Origin: Vulcanimicrobiota bacterium
Lineage (GTDB): Bacteria > Vulcanimicrobiota > Vulcanimicrobiia > Vulcanimicrobiales > Vulcanimicrobiaceae
Assembly (NCBI GenBank): GCA_963714015.1
Contig: OY970223.1
Location: 1,184,001-1,248,000 of the forward strand
Reading direction: 5' to 3'
DNA length: 64,000 nucleotides
Shown: positions 23,677 to 34,822 of the stretch, one piece after another
Layout: each line of letters begins with the position of its first letter
How positions within the stretch are numbered: the stretch's first letter is position 1
The notes under the pieces: generated by a model
What the model saw: only the letters and a program-made list of their open reading frames with translations
What the model was told of the DNA's origin: nothing
Databases searched by the model: none
Program-made: the position numbers and the translations under genes

Positions 23677-24358
23677 ATGTCTTACAAGATGATAGAGGTT
23701 CCTCGGAATCTGTATCGATTAAGCTATGGACCCGACCCCCTGGCCCTGGCGCCGCTCGAACGTATCAAAGAGAGTCCTGGTCGATGGGATCCCTTGAACT
23801 TCGACTACAGGTGCCTTTACGCAAGCTCAAGCCTGGAGGTTGCCTATATAGAATCGCTGGCTGACCTTCGCCCCAACGCTAAGGCGTTACACTTACTTGC
23901 TGACGTTATAATAAGCGAACCGGAAGAAAGCATTGCGATAAATTATGGGGACGCGATTAGTCAATATTTGTCGCGCAGATCGGTTGCCATTATCATTGTA
24001 CCCCAGCGAACTGCAGCTCGTAGATATTGTTGCTCCCCAGTCGCGATCAAAATTGCAAACGCAGACTTCGCCTTCACCGTACGCTGAAAGTAGGGGATCT
24101 CACCGGCAGTGACCTAGCAATTCCGCGTCGGTGCTCGCAACTTGCAAAAGACTCAGGTTGTATTGGAATTGCGTCACCTTCAGACTGAGGCGTCCCCTTT
24201 TGAATCGGAAGCGAAAAATTTCACGGTTTTTGAAACAAATATCGGTTCCAATGAGCTTATGGCGCACCTGGTCAGCTCACACGGTTGTCCCGGCGCTTGA
24301 CGAGAAGATTGCGCTTAACGCGGCCATTCTAATCCTGGGAATTGACGCGCGTTTCTAA
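23677..24358 (+). CDS. RES-domain toxin (frameshifted)
   Basis: LYR...GRWD...YRCLYASSSLEVAYIESLA motif; lies directly after the antitoxin. Confidence 0.75.
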
Positions 24359-24417
24359 TCATCACTCTGTGAATCAAAAAAACATATCACTAACGTTTTT
24401 TTGGACAAGGAATTGTC

Positions 24418-26718
24418 GTGCCAATAGATATCAAATATAACCCCTTCGACCATATGAATGCGGTCAGTGATCCCACTCTTTTTATTGGTCGAGAGCAGGA
24501 GCTCAAAGACATCAGATACTATTTTGAGCAGTCTCGATTAGCGCCACGCCCATTTCACTTGGCCATCATCGGTGAGCGCGGCTCGGGGAAAACAAGTGTT
24601 TTAAATATGGCCGAGCGCACCGGAAGGGAATGTGGATTCTGCGTCGCTCGCATCAACCTGAATGAATCGAACGTAAGCAGTACCCTTCAGTTTCTCTTTA
24701 AGATCTTTAGCGCGATAATTGAAGCGGTAATACGGCTTGACTGCACTGAGGGCGGGGCATGCCTCGGTGGTCCCAATGGTCCGATCTACACAACGTATAT
24801 CGATACAATCACCACTTATACCGTCCCCCCGCCGGACCAGCGCACCTTTACGTTTCCTGTTCAATACGCAATGGCGATGTCCGCTGGCCGCAACGATGCG
24901 CCTATAATCGAGGACGCATTCGAATCTGATCTTAAAAAGTTGCACGCGGCCGTGCAACGACCGATTGCCCTTCTTTTTGATGAGTGCAATCTACTCGCTG
25001 ACAAACGCGCTGACCTACAGATGCTCCGAAATATTTTTATGAACACCCCCGGATACATGCTCGTGCTCAGTGGAACGCCAGAGATGTTTCCGATTATGAG
25101 CGACGTCTTCTCGCCTATTGCTAGGCAATTCACTCGCATAGAGATCAAACCATTTGCCGATATTATGGAAACCAAACGTGCAATATCTGTGCCCTTTAAA
25201 CAGATCGGGCTGGAACCTGGATTATCTCGCCTACCTTGGATTAATACACGCGACTTGCAGGAAATTCACGAGCTAAGTGGCGGCAAGCCGCATGAGATCC
25301 AGTTAATCTGTCATTGTTTGACGCGTCAGATACAGGAGGGCAAGAAACGAACAGTCGAGATTGATATGGATCTTCTGGACCAGGTTTTGCTGGAACTGCG
25401 AAAGGGCGTGGATCTTTCTCAACATCCCGTCATTTCCGCTATTAGAGAAATGAACGAAAAACAGATCGACGAGTTGGCGATCTTCATGCAGGCTGAAGGC
25501 GCAACCTTCACACAATATGAATTTGTGGAGACGGCGTTTAAGCTTCCCAAGCGGCCTAAGATTAATCGAAAGATATTCGAGTGGGCAATAGACGCCGGCG
25601 TATTTCGATTAGATGACGATAAAATTGTCTTTTGTGGAGACTCATTTGACAAAGTATATTGCCGCTATTATGCGAGTCGTCGTGGCGCAACGATCTATTT
25701 CAATTTTCTCCCGGTGGACTTATACTTAGCAACTCGGATGGCACGGTATGCCCACGATGAAATGGGTCTTGATCTGCTAGGATGGCATGATCCGGAACAA
25801 AGCATCTTAGTTGCAAGAAGCGCCCGTCCGGTTGACAATGACGAAGGCAGACCTGTAGTCACCATTAGCCCGATCGCACTGCGCCGGCTGTTTTTTGCTG
25901 AGTTTGAGGCAGTGCATTGCGGGGTTGCGGGGTTTCCAAATTATTCCGCCATTGTAAAATATGGAGGCGTTTCGGCGGCTGCTATATTCCTGCCCTCCGA
26001 AATTCGGAAGTTTGACCCAGCGCTGGCGGACGTAAAGTTTCGGAACCTCAGGCAGCGCCTGGAGATTCTTGGGGCGGAATTTACCTATACTAGTGGCGAG
26101 GTTGACTCGACGACGGTTGAACAAATATATGAGACTACTAAGGCATTTCTTTCCGGAAGTCCTACCACAGAATGGGAGGCTGAGACCGAGCGCGAGTTTT
26201 TTTCATTTTTCATCGGTGTGTATACAGAACGGCATGACATAATCCTTGCGCGAGCATACGCGGACGCGCTATCAATTGCGTTTGATCGTACTTCGGCGGA
26301 GATGGCCAACAATATAGGATACTTCCATATGGCTGTCAATAATTTGCCGTCCGCAGCGTTGTATTTGGAGCGTGCAGAATCCCAACTTGAGGATGAAGAC
26401 AACGATTCTCGGAGACTTGTGTCATATAATTTAGCGATTTTGCGGCTACTTCAGGGGAAGTTTAGTGAGAGCCGTAAACAATACGAGATAGCACGTGAGG
26501 TGAAAAATACTCCGGTAGACTCGGCGCAGTGTCTGCTGGTTCCGGAGATTGAGTCGAAAGCGGTGCGCCTGCGTGAACGGTGGAATCCGAAGTACAAGTT
26601 TGCCTTTGAAGCGCTTGATCGTGCGCTACAGAAGATAGCGGATGAAACTGTGCACATCGACGTACCTGCGCCCATAGTCCTAGAGAGCGACTCACCCAAC
26701 GTGTCATTTCATAAATGA
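24418..26718 (+). CDS. STAND-like / AAA_16 NTPase with C-terminal TPR-like repeats
   Basis: NPF...FIGREQEL, GERGSGKTS, LLFDE, SGGKP; C-terminal ANNIGYFHM...AALYLERA...SYNLAILRLLQGKFSESRKQYE. Confidence 0.8.
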   Translation: MPIDIKYNPFDHMNAVSDPTLFIGREQELKDIRYYFEQSRLAPRPFHLAIIGERGSGKTSVLNMAERTGRECGFCVARINLNESNVSSTLQFLFKIFSAIIEAVIRLDCTEGGACLGGPNGPIYTTYIDTITTYTVPPPDQRTFTFPVQYAMAMSAGRNDAPIIEDAFESDLKKLHAAVQRPIALLFDECNLLADKRADLQMLRNIFMNTPGYMLVLSGTPEMFPIMSDVFSPIARQFTRIEIKPFADIMETKRAISVPFKQIGLEPGLSRLPWINTRDLQEIHELSGGKPHEIQLICHCLTRQIQEGKKRTVEIDMDLLDQVLLELRKGVDLSQHPVISAIREMNEKQIDELAIFMQAEGATFTQYEFVETAFKLPKRPKINRKIFEWAIDAGVFRLDDDKIVFCGDSFDKVYCRYYASRRGATIYFNFLPVDLYLATRMARYAHDEMGLDLLGWHDPEQSILVARSARPVDNDEGRPVVTISPIALRRLFFAEFEAVHCGVAGFPNYSAIVKYGGVSAAAIFLPSEIRKFDPALADVKFRNLRQRLEILGAEFTYTSGEVDSTTVEQIYETTKAFLSGSPTTEWEAETEREFFSFFIGVYTERHDIILARAYADALSIAFDRTSAEMANNIGYFHMAVNNLPSAALYLERAESQLEDEDNDSRRLVSYNLAILRLLQGKFSESRKQYEIAREVKNTPVDSAQCLLVPEIESKAVRLRERWNPKYKFAFEALDRALQKIADETVHIDVPAPIVLESDSPNVSFHK

Positions 26719-26746
26719 TATCCTAAATCTCCAAGTATCGTACACG

Positions 26747-26935
26747 TTGCGAGTTGTCACCATGCGCCACACTGCTAACACGTTACTTCTTTCGGAGCGA
26801 GTTAGACCGAACGTTGTAGCCGAGCGTATGGGTCATTCCACGACGAGGACGACACTGGACACTTATGGCCACGTTCGGCCCTCAGATCATCGGTACGCCA
26901 ACGAGCGACTTGACGATATATTCGCGGAGTTTGGT
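26747..26935 (+). pseudogene. Tyrosine integrase C-terminal remnant
   Basis: MRHTANTLLL...VVAERMGHSTTRTTLDTYGHV (RH...GH...Y). The N-terminal part is absent. Confidence 0.85.
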
Positions 26936-26952
26936 GGTCAAACGGTGGTCAA
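26933..26952 (+). repeat. Tandem GGTGGTCAA repeats, probable integrase arm-type sites
   Basis: GGTGGTCAA-ac-GGTGGTCAA about 75 bp from the tRNA 3' end. Confidence 0.55.
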
Positions 26953-26980
26953 GGCGTCGCCAATGCATTTGCGTGGAACC

Positions 26981-27020
26981 AAAAGAAAAACCCGCATCGT
27001 CAATATCGACGCGGGTTTTC
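26981..27020 (-). terminator. Intrinsic terminator downstream of tRNA-Ala
   Basis: Minus strand GAAAACCCGC...GCGGGTTTTTCTTTT. Confidence 0.75.
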
Positions 27021-27026
27021 GGACTC

Positions 27027-27100
27027 TGGAGATGGGGGGACTCGAACCCCCGACCCCTTACATGCGAAGCAAGTGCTCTACCAGTCTGAGCTACATCCCC
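27027..27100 (-). tRNA. tRNA-Ala (anticodon CGC), CCA not encoded
   Basis: GGGGATGTAGCTCAGACTGGTAGAGCACTTGCTTCGCATGTAAGGGGTCGGGGGTTCGAGTCCCCCCATCTCCA; G3:U70 alanine identity pair. Confidence 0.97.
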
Positions 27101-27171
27101 AAAGTTTCTGTGCCTCGCCGCAGGCCGTGGCTTCGACGGGTCGCCACACCGCCGCGAAGGCAACGCGGGTG

Positions 27172-27201
27172 ATTATACGGCCGGTGAGGGGCCCCTGTCT
27201 A
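27172..27201 (-). promoter_or_regulatory. Sigma70 promoter of tRNA-Ala
   Basis: Minus strand TAGACA-N18-TATAAT. Confidence 0.7.
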
Positions 27202-27223
27202 CACGAGGGGTCCTAACGCTGTC

Positions 27224-27253
27224 TTGAGGATGATTTTGCCAATGGTTCGCAAA
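27224..27253. promoter_or_regulatory. Candidate Zur/Fur operator
   Basis: Palindrome TTTGCCAA-tgg-TTCGCAAA and overlapping TTGAGGATGATTTTG directly upstream of zur. Confidence 0.5.
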
Positions 27254-27263
27254 TTAGGCCGGC

Positions 27264-27648
27264 GTGCGTTCGCAATACATAACCCGGCCGAGGGAGCAGA
27301 TCTCCGCCGTTCTGCGGCGCGAGCAGCGCTATCTCTCTGCCGCTGACGTCTTCAACCTGTTAAAGAAGGCCAGGGCCGAAGGTCTCGCTCTCGACGGTTT
27401 ACCGGACGCTGGGGATGCTCGAATCGAAGGGCGAGGCGAGCTCGCGCCTTGATGCAAGCGGCGAGGCAACCTACGTCAGCTGCGCCCCTACGCATCATCA
27501 CCACGCCATTTGCAGTAAATGCGGGCGTGTCGACGAGGTTGCGTGCGAGACGATCGAGCGGCTCGCGAACGACCTCGTCAGTCACCACGGTTTCGAATTG
27601 GAAGATCACGCTATGGAATTTTTCGGGCGGTGCGCGTCGTGCCGCTAA
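27264..27648 (+). CDS. zur: Fur-family regulator, probably Zur (frameshifted)
   Basis: TRPR...SAADVF, HHHHAICSKCG, GRCASC; heads a znu operon. Confidence 0.8.
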
Positions 27649-28556
27649 GGTATATTGCAATCTGCGCGGTGCTTGTGCTGACAGCTTGCGCGTCGCCCAC
27701 CAGAACCTCGGACCGGCAATCAACGACGTACTCATCTGCCTCCGCCAGTGCCGCCGCTCATGGTGCCACGATAAAAGGTCGTTACGACATTCTCGACGTT
27801 GAATTCGTTCGTGGAGGGCGTCGGCGGAAATTTGGTGCAGGTTCACAATCTCGTGCCGGTTGGGGCTTCGCCGGAAGATTACCAGCCTGCGCCGCAGGAC
27901 GTTGCCTCTCTCGCCGATGCTCAGCTCGTGGTGGAAAACGGGACCGGCATCGAAGTGTGGCTGCAACGGACGATCTCGGACAGTGCGACCAAGGCGCGCG
28001 TCCTCGTGCTCTCCGACGGTCTTCCGCATATCGATCACAATCCGCATCTATGGATGGACCCGGTCAATGCGCGCGTCGTACGTCGGCAAGATTCGCGACG
28101 CGCTGATTGCCATGGATCCGGCGCACAAGGCACAATATACCGCGAATGCGGCGAGCCTACGACAAGCAGCTGCGTCGCATTGCAAACATGGATTGGGCGG
28201 CAGATTCCGCAGATACCCGCCGCCCAGCGGAACATGATCATCTTTCACAACGCGTTCGACTATTACAACCGCCGGTTCGGAATTCGCACCGTCGGCGTGA
28301 TCGAACTCTCGCCGGGCCAGGATCCCAACCCCGCGTACATCGCGCACTTGTCGATCTGGCGCGCGCCAACCACGTTCGAGCGGTCTTTTCCGAACCGGAG
28401 TATAGTCCAAAACTTGCGCAAAACTTGGCAAAGAGCGCCGGTATTCGGGTCGTGACCGATCTGTACGATGATTCCATCGGCAACGACCCGCGCGTTCACA
28501 ACTACGTCGACATGCTGCACTACGATACCGGCGTGATCGTTCGAGCCCTGAAGTGA
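27639..28556 (+). CDS. znuA: Zn/Mn ABC substrate-binding lipoprotein (frameshifted)
   Basis: Lipobox LTAC, LVPVGASPEDY, NPHLWMDP, FHNAFDY. Confidence 0.85.
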
Positions 28557-29292
28557 CGCGCGGCCGTCCGCATACAGGACTTGGTCGTGCGCTACGACCG
28601 GCTCGTCGCGCTCGCCGGAGCGAGTTTGGAACTGAATGCCGGCGAGGCACTCGGCATCGTCGGCCCCAACGGGTCGGGCAAGTCGACGCTGCTCAAGACG
28701 GTTGCAGGCCTCTTGGAACCCACCTCCGGAACGCTCTCGGTTTTCGGAAAGGTGCCGCGCACGTTGCCGCCGGGAACGATCGCGTACGTTCCGCAGATCG
28801 AAGACGTCGACTGGACGTTTCCCGCCTCCGTCTGGGACGTCGTCGCAATGGCGCGATTTCCGCAAATCGGTCTTTTCGGACGGTTCGGGAAGCGTGACAC
28901 GCGCGGCGGTCAACCGCGCGCTCGAACTCGTTCACATGGGGGATCTCGCGAAGCGGCGTATATCGGCGCTCTCGGGCGGCCAGCAGCAGCGCGTTTTCGT
29001 AGCGCGTGCCATCGCGCAGAATCCGAAGTTGCTGCTGCTCGACGAGCCGACGACCGGCGTCGATGCCGCAACCGAAGAAGCGCTGCGCAAAGTCGTGCGT
29101 GCATTGGTCGCCGAAGGGATTGCCGTGCTGATGAGCACGCACGATCTGGACCGTGCATCCGATTGGTTCGATCGATTGATGGTACTGGATCGGCGCGTGC
29201 TTGCGATCGGCACGCCGGGCGAAGTCCTCGAGTCGGGCGCCTATGCCGGCATTCGGGAACACACGCATACGCACGGGCATATGCGCGTCTGA
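28553..29292 (+). CDS. znuC: Metal ABC ATP-binding protein (frameshifted)
   Basis: GPNGSGKST, LSGGQQQRV, LLLLDEP, His-rich tail. Confidence 0.88.
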
Positions 29293-30132
29293 TGCAGCAC
29301 CTCGCCGATCCGTTTCAATACGCGTTCATGCAACGGGCGTTCGTTACGGCGCTGCTGGTGGGCGTTCTGTGCTCGGCCATGGGCACGTATGTCATTCTGC
29401 GGAAGCTCTCGTTCATCGGCGACGGCATCGCGCATGCTTCGTTTGCCGGGATCGTCATTGCCTATCTGCGCGGCATCGATTATTACGCCGGGGCCGGCGG
29501 CGGTTGCTATCGTCACGGCAGTCGGAATCGGCTTCGTGCACCGCAAGGGCCGGATCGCGCTCGACACGGCGATCGGCGTGCTTTTCACCGGAGCCTTCGC
29601 CCTGGGCATTTTTCTCATGAGCCGGCAGCGAACGTACTCCGTCGATCTCCAGAGTTTTCTTTTCGGCGACATTCTCTCAGTAGGCCCGAGCGATGTCTGG
29701 ATGATCGTTGCGCTTTCGCTCGTGGTGCTCATCGTTACGGCGCTCATGTACCGGGCGTTATTGTATACGTCGTTCGATCCGGTGGTGGCCCAAGCCAGCG
29801 GCATTCGCGCGCCGTTGGTCGAGTACGTCTTGCTCGTGCTGCTCGCGCTCACCATCGTCATTTCGCTGCAGGCGGTCGGCATTGTCTTGGTTGCAGCGCT
29901 GCTCGTCACGCCCGCTGCCGCCGCTTATCAACTAACGTCGCGCTTTCGAAGTATGATGGCCCTCTCCGCGTTCTTCGGCGCGATGTGCGCGGTCGGCGGC
30001 CTGTATCTTTCGTATTACCTGCAGAGTTCGAGCGGCGCGACGATTGTGCTCGCGGCAACGATTCTCTTTTTTGCCGCAATCGGCATCAAGCACGCCGGAT
30101 CGTACGTGCGCTCTATCGCGAAGCAATCGTAA
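29292..30132 (+). CDS. znuB: Metal ABC permease (frameshift near 29500)
   Basis: GDGIAHAS, FLFGDIL, SFDP, VGIVLV. Confidence 0.88.
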
Positions 30133-30844
30133 ACGGGGCCGTATACGTCGCGGTTCCTTGGCGCAATTGCACCCACGCGCGGTAGAAACCGGCCGGCATT
30201 GCCGGCAGCGCGAATACTCCCTGCGCGTTTGCGCTGGGATGCAGATACTCCAGATTCGATACGCCGATGATCGTCATCTCCATCGGTACGCGTGTTCTTG
30301 CGCCATCGCGCGAGAGTGTTACCGCGAGCGTACTCGGACGATTCACCGGCAGCGCCGCCGTCGAGATAGCGACGTGAAAGGGACCGGCCATCACTCCGCG
30401 GTTTCTCGCGGCGACGGTGGTAACTTGGTGGCGCGGCGCACTTGCCTGCAGCACGAAACGGAAGACTTGCTGCCGCATCTCGAACGGGGTGCTGCTCGCA
30501 AAGGCATAAAATCGATGGCCCGGCTGGAGTGTAATCGAGGTTCGAAAATGTCCGTCGCTTTGCATTTGCGGGTGCACGTGAAAGAACGTCGTAAAGTCAT
30601 CGCGCACGAGAACGAAGTGCATCGTCTCGCCGCCGTACGACGGCACGTAACGTCTAAGCGGCGATTTGGATCCGGGACGGTATTGCGCGAGATCGACTTC
30701 GCCTGCACCGACTCGGGTCAAAACCGACGTCACTTCGGATTTGCCGCCGAACAGCGCGAACTGACCGTTCTGCTGTTTGGGCGCCGCAGCCAGTAAGCCG
30801 ATCGCCGCGATGGCGGCTAACCGGCAGAGCGTACCACTCGCCAC
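30113..30844 (-). CDS. Exported hypothetical protein with His motifs (possible metal binding)
   Basis: Signal peptide; MHFVLVRDD...FHVHP, YLHP. Confidence 0.6.
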   Translation of the reverse strand: MASGTLCRLAAIAAIGLLAAAPKQQNGQFALFGGKSEVTSVLTRVGAGEVDLAQYRPGSKSPLRRYVPSYGGETMHFVLVRDDFTTFFHVHPQMQSDGHFRTSITLQPGHRFYAFASSTPFEMRQQVFRFVLQASAPRHQVTTVAARNRGVMAGPFHVAISTAALPVNRPSTLAVTLSRDGARTRVPMEMTIIGVSNLEYLHPSANAQGVFALPAMPAGFYRAWVQLRQGTATYTAPFTIASR

Positions 30845-31882
30845 GATTCGTCTCCCGTGCGTTCCAGAAAGCCGCCCGCAGTCAGTGCTTCCAGCGCTTC
30901 TTGCATGGCGGCGCGTTCATTCTTATTCGGCATTCCGGCCCAGCGCATTGCCGCATCGCTCAGGTGCACGTCGCTTCCGGGCCGCAGCAGTTCCGCCAGA
31001 AAGGCGGCCGGCAGTTTCACGCGCTCCATACGCCGCGCAACCGGTTCCAGGGCTGCTTCGAATGACGTGCTTTCAACGACCTCAACGTTCTGGGCGGGCG
31101 CTTGTGCTGCGTGGGAGTTTGGCGGAGCCGCGGCGGACGGACTTGTCCGTGAAATACGGAAGCCACTCGCCCAGAATCGCACCCAGCGTGTGCCACGGAA
31201 CGGCAAGCAGTCTGCGCGGCCGCCGTTTGACTGCGTGCATGATGCGCTTCGCAACGTGTTCCGGTTTTACCGGCACCCAACTGGGGCCGTACGCCGGAAT
31301 GCCCGCCGTCTTTGCAAAGTTCGTCTGCACCGACCCCGGATCGATGAACGTCACCGCTACCCCCGAGCCTTGCAGCTCGCGCCCCAGTTGCGTTGCGAGC
31401 GCTTCGATTGCGGCTTTTGCGGCGCAGTAGGCGCCGTAGTAGGGAACCGGTACGCGCCGCAATCCCGAACCGACGAACATCACTTGTCCATGCGAAGCCT
31501 GGAGCAGCGCAAACGCCGCGCGCGTAATGCGCAAAGGCGCGGCGACGTGCAGCTTCCACTGTCCGTCGATCTGCTCGTCGGTTTGATCCAGCAGCATTCC
31601 GCCGACGGCCGCTCCGGCGCAGTGAACGATGACGTCGATTCGACCGAAGCGCGTCTGCGCCGTGCCGACGATGCGCGCCGGCGCGTCTTGGGCGGTAACG
31701 TCGATGACGAGCGGTACGCAAGTGTTGCCCTCGCTCGAAAGTTCGGCGCAGACACGTTCCAGTTCGGCCTTCTCGCGGGAAATCGCGACGACCGCATACC
31801 CGGCTTCCGCGGCCTGCACCGTAAGAGCGCGCCCGATTCCGGAGCTCGCGCCCGTGACAATCATAACTTTGCGATCAGACAT
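30817..31882 (-). CDS. SDR oxidoreductase, probably with a C-terminal extension joined by a frameshift near 31140
   Basis: TGASSGIG, YCAAK. The downstream frame LEPVARRMERVKLP...WAGMPNKNER has no start of its own. Confidence 0.8.
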
Positions 31883-33125
31883 TGACGCTCGAATACATAC
31901 GCAAGTATTCTTCGTACATCCGCTTCTGATACGCCTTGTCGGCGCGATTGGCATACCAGTCGTCCTCTCGAACGATGGGCGGCGGCGCAGGAACGACGCG
32001 GCGTCCTTCGGCTGCAAAGGCTTTGAGCGTCAGCGCCACCGGTTTGTCGCTGCCGTCGGCGCGAATCATGCCGAAGCTCATTTCGTGGTCGGCCCGGTCG
32101 AACGGCGGCGTATCCGCCAAGCTTGCATCGTAGTTTGCCCAATTCCACCAGAAAGCGCCCAGAGCACCGCGCCGGTGCAGCCGCTCCAGCACTCGGCGGC
32201 AGTAGTTCGCCATCTCGTCCTCAGTCAAACACGCGTAAGGCGCAGCGTTTGATGGAATGCGCGAGGCGTCCGGGGGCGGATCGCCCGGAAGCGGTTGGCG
32301 ATCGTAAGGCGAGACCGTACCCGGTGGACACGTCGGATTTCCAAATTCGTTGAAGAGTACCGGTTTGCCGGACATCGATTGCCAGAGCTGACAAAGAAAC
32401 GGCACGATTTCCGGATCGGTACGGCCGCGCGAAAGTTCGCCGTAGACGGAATATCCGTGCATGACGGCGCACTCGTGCGGCGCGCAGAACGACGATGGGC
32501 GAATGCCGCGATCGTCGGTGATATCCTCGCCGTGTGTGCCGGCTAAGCAGCCCACGCCGGAAACCTCGCGCAGATCGTCGGTGAGCGCACGCGACCACTC
32601 CGCCGCATCTTGTGGACTTGGGGCGCTTCGCACGTTGCTGAATTCGTTTCCGAGATCCCAAAGATAAAGCGCGGGATGCCGGCACGCCCGCTCGCCGATC
32701 GATCGAACTTGAAACCGCAGCGCGTCCCGTAGCGGCTCGACGTAAAAGTCGCCTGCGCCCCAAGGTAACTGCACGCCGCCTGCTCCGAACGTCCGGAAGC
32801 GGCCGTGCGGCCGCGACTTGTCCAGCGCCCACTCCGGCAGAAAATTTACGCCGCTCATGTGCCCGGTGAAGAACGTCGGCATCCCGCGCAGGCCCGCAGC
32901 GGCGAGGGCGTCCATGAACGCGTCGAACCGGCGCAGCATCTGCGGGTCCATGCGCTGCGGTTCGGGCTGAAAGTCGTCCCACATGATGAAAAACCGCACC
33001 ACCGGCAGCCCCAAATCGCGAATGTGCGCGAAGTCCTCACGCAATTCGCCGAGGTCGAAGCGTTCCCACATGTACATGGCGCTGCGGCGCGGCCAGTAGT
33101 TGACGCCCAGCAGAAACGTGTCCAT
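31875..33125 (-). CDS. Clan GH-A glycoside hydrolase (GH5-like)
   Basis: GVNYWP, WDDFQP, WDLGNE, MHGY, NEFG. Confidence 0.85.
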   Translation of the reverse strand: MDTFLLGVNYWPRRSAMYMWERFDLGELREDFAHIRDLGLPVVRFFIMWDDFQPEPQRMDPQMLRRFDAFMDALAAAGLRGMPTFFTGHMSGVNFLPEWALDKSRPHGRFRTFGAGGVQLPWGAGDFYVEPLRDALRFQVRSIGERACRHPALYLWDLGNEFSNVRSAPSPQDAAEWSRALTDDLREVSGVGCLAGTHGEDITDDRGIRPSSFCAPHECAVMHGYSVYGELSRGRTDPEIVPFLCQLWQSMSGKPVLFNEFGNPTCPPGTVSPYDRQPLPGDPPPDASRIPSNAAPYACLTEDEMANYCRRVLERLHRRGALGAFWWNWANYDASLADTPPFDRADHEMSFGMIRADGSDKPVALTLKAFAAEGRRVVPAPPPIVREDDWYANRADKAYQKRMYEEYLRMYSSVNV

Positions 33126-33184
33126 ACCCGCCGTTTCCCCATTGCACAGGCTTGTCATGCGCGTGACGTCGAAGCAAGCGCGCG

Positions 33185-33673
33185 ATGGAAGATGCGCAAA
33201 AACCTCTGGTCGGCATCATCATGGGCAGCGTTTCGGACATGGAAACCATGTCTGCCGCACGGGACATGCTGGAAGATCTGCAGATTCCGTTCGAGATCAA
33301 CGTGATCTCGGCTCACCGCACGCCCGATGAAATGTTCCGCTATGCCGAACAAGCGCAGCAGCGGGGGATCAAAGTGATCGTCGCGGGTGCAGGCGGCGCG
33401 GCGCATTTGCCGGGGATGACGGCGGCGAAGACGCTGCTGCCGGTCATCGGCGTTCCCGTCCAGTCTAAGACGCTGAAGGGCATCGACTCACTGCTCTCGA
33501 TCGCGCAAATGCCGAAGGGCGTTCCGGTTGCGACGGTTGCGATCGGCGGCGCAGCGAACGCCGCACTGCTCGCCGCGCGAATCCTTGCATTGGGCGACTC
33601 GGAAATTGAAGGCCGTTTGAATGCGTACGCCGCCAAAATGCACGATGAAGTCGTCGCGATAGCGCTGCAGTGA
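33185..33673 (+). CDS. purE: N5-CAIR mutase
   Basis: [23 protein letters not shown]. Confidence 0.97.
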   Translation: MEDAQKPLVGIIMGSVSDMETMSAARDMLEDLQIPFEINVISAHRTPDEMFRYAEQAQQRGIKVIVAGAGGAAHLPGMTAAKTLLPVIGVPVQSKTLKGIDSLLSIAQMPKGVPVATVAIGGAANAALLAARILALGDSEIEGRLNAYAAKMHDEVVAIALQ

Positions 33674-34822
33674 TCTCGACGATCGGCGTAATCGGCGGCG
33701 GTCAGCTCGGGACGCATGCTGACGATCGACGCCAAACGAATGGGCTACGACGTCATCACGCTCGATCCTCAGCCGCGTTCGCCCTGCGGCCAAGTCGCCG
33801 ACGAACAGATCGTCGCGGCTTACGACGACTTCGAGGCTATCGACGAATTGGGGCGCCGTACCGACATCGTCACCTACGAATTCGAGAACATTGCGATCGA
33901 GTCGATAGTTCGCTTGGAGAAGGACGGCTACGGCGTTACGCCGGGCAGCGACGTGCTTGGCATCACCCAAGATCGACTGCTCGAAAAGCAGTTCGTGCGC
34001 TCGTGCGGCATCCCGGTCACCGAATTCCAAAAAGTCGACGACGTTGCCGAGTCGCGTACTGCGCTCGCGCGCGTCGGCTCTCCCGCTATTTTCAAAACGG
34101 TGCGGGGCGGATACGACGGCAAAGGCCAGTGGCGGGTTACGAGCGCACGCGAAGCAGAACAGGCGGTCGAGCAGGCGCGCGGAGCGCCGCTGATCGCCGA
34201 GCAGTTCGTGCCCTTCGCCTGCGAAATCAGCGTCATCTGCACGCGCAACGTGCGCGACGAAACCGTTACGTACCCTCCCGCCGAGAATATTCACGACCAC
34301 GGCATTCTGGCGATGTCCATCGTTCCGGCACGCGTGGATGCACGCGTGGCGCAGCAAGCCCGCGACTATGCTGAGCAGATTGCCGCCGCACTCCGGATCG
34401 TCGGAACCTTTTGCGTCGAGTATTTCGTCACCAAGGACGGCGGACTGCTCGTAAACGAGATCGCGCCGCGCCCGCACAACAGCGGGCACTACACGATCGA
34501 CGCGGCAGTCTGCTCCCAATACGAACAGCACGTGCGCGCTATCTGCGGCCTTCCGCTCTCGCCGCCGCAGCTGTTGCGCAACGCGATCATGGTCAATATC
34601 CTCGGAACCGGCACGGGTAACCATCTGGACGGAACGAGCGAGCTCCTTGCAGATCCCTCGATCGTGCTGCATATGTATGGGAAAAAGCATGCCGTCAACC
34701 GGCGGAAGATGGGGCATTTCACGATGCTTTTTCAGGAACCGATCTCGGAGGAGTCGATTGGCCGCGCGCGCGCCGCGCACGATTTGCTGCGGTGGGTCGA
34801 ATATGCGCCTGCTCGTTGTTGA
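33670..34822 (+). CDS. purK: N5-CAIR synthase (frameshift near 33712)
   Basis: [31 protein letters not shown]. Confidence 0.96.

Noticed and set aside
28581..30185. 534-aa ABC ATPase fusion ORF
   Set aside because: Artefact of frameshifts linking parts of znuC and znuB.
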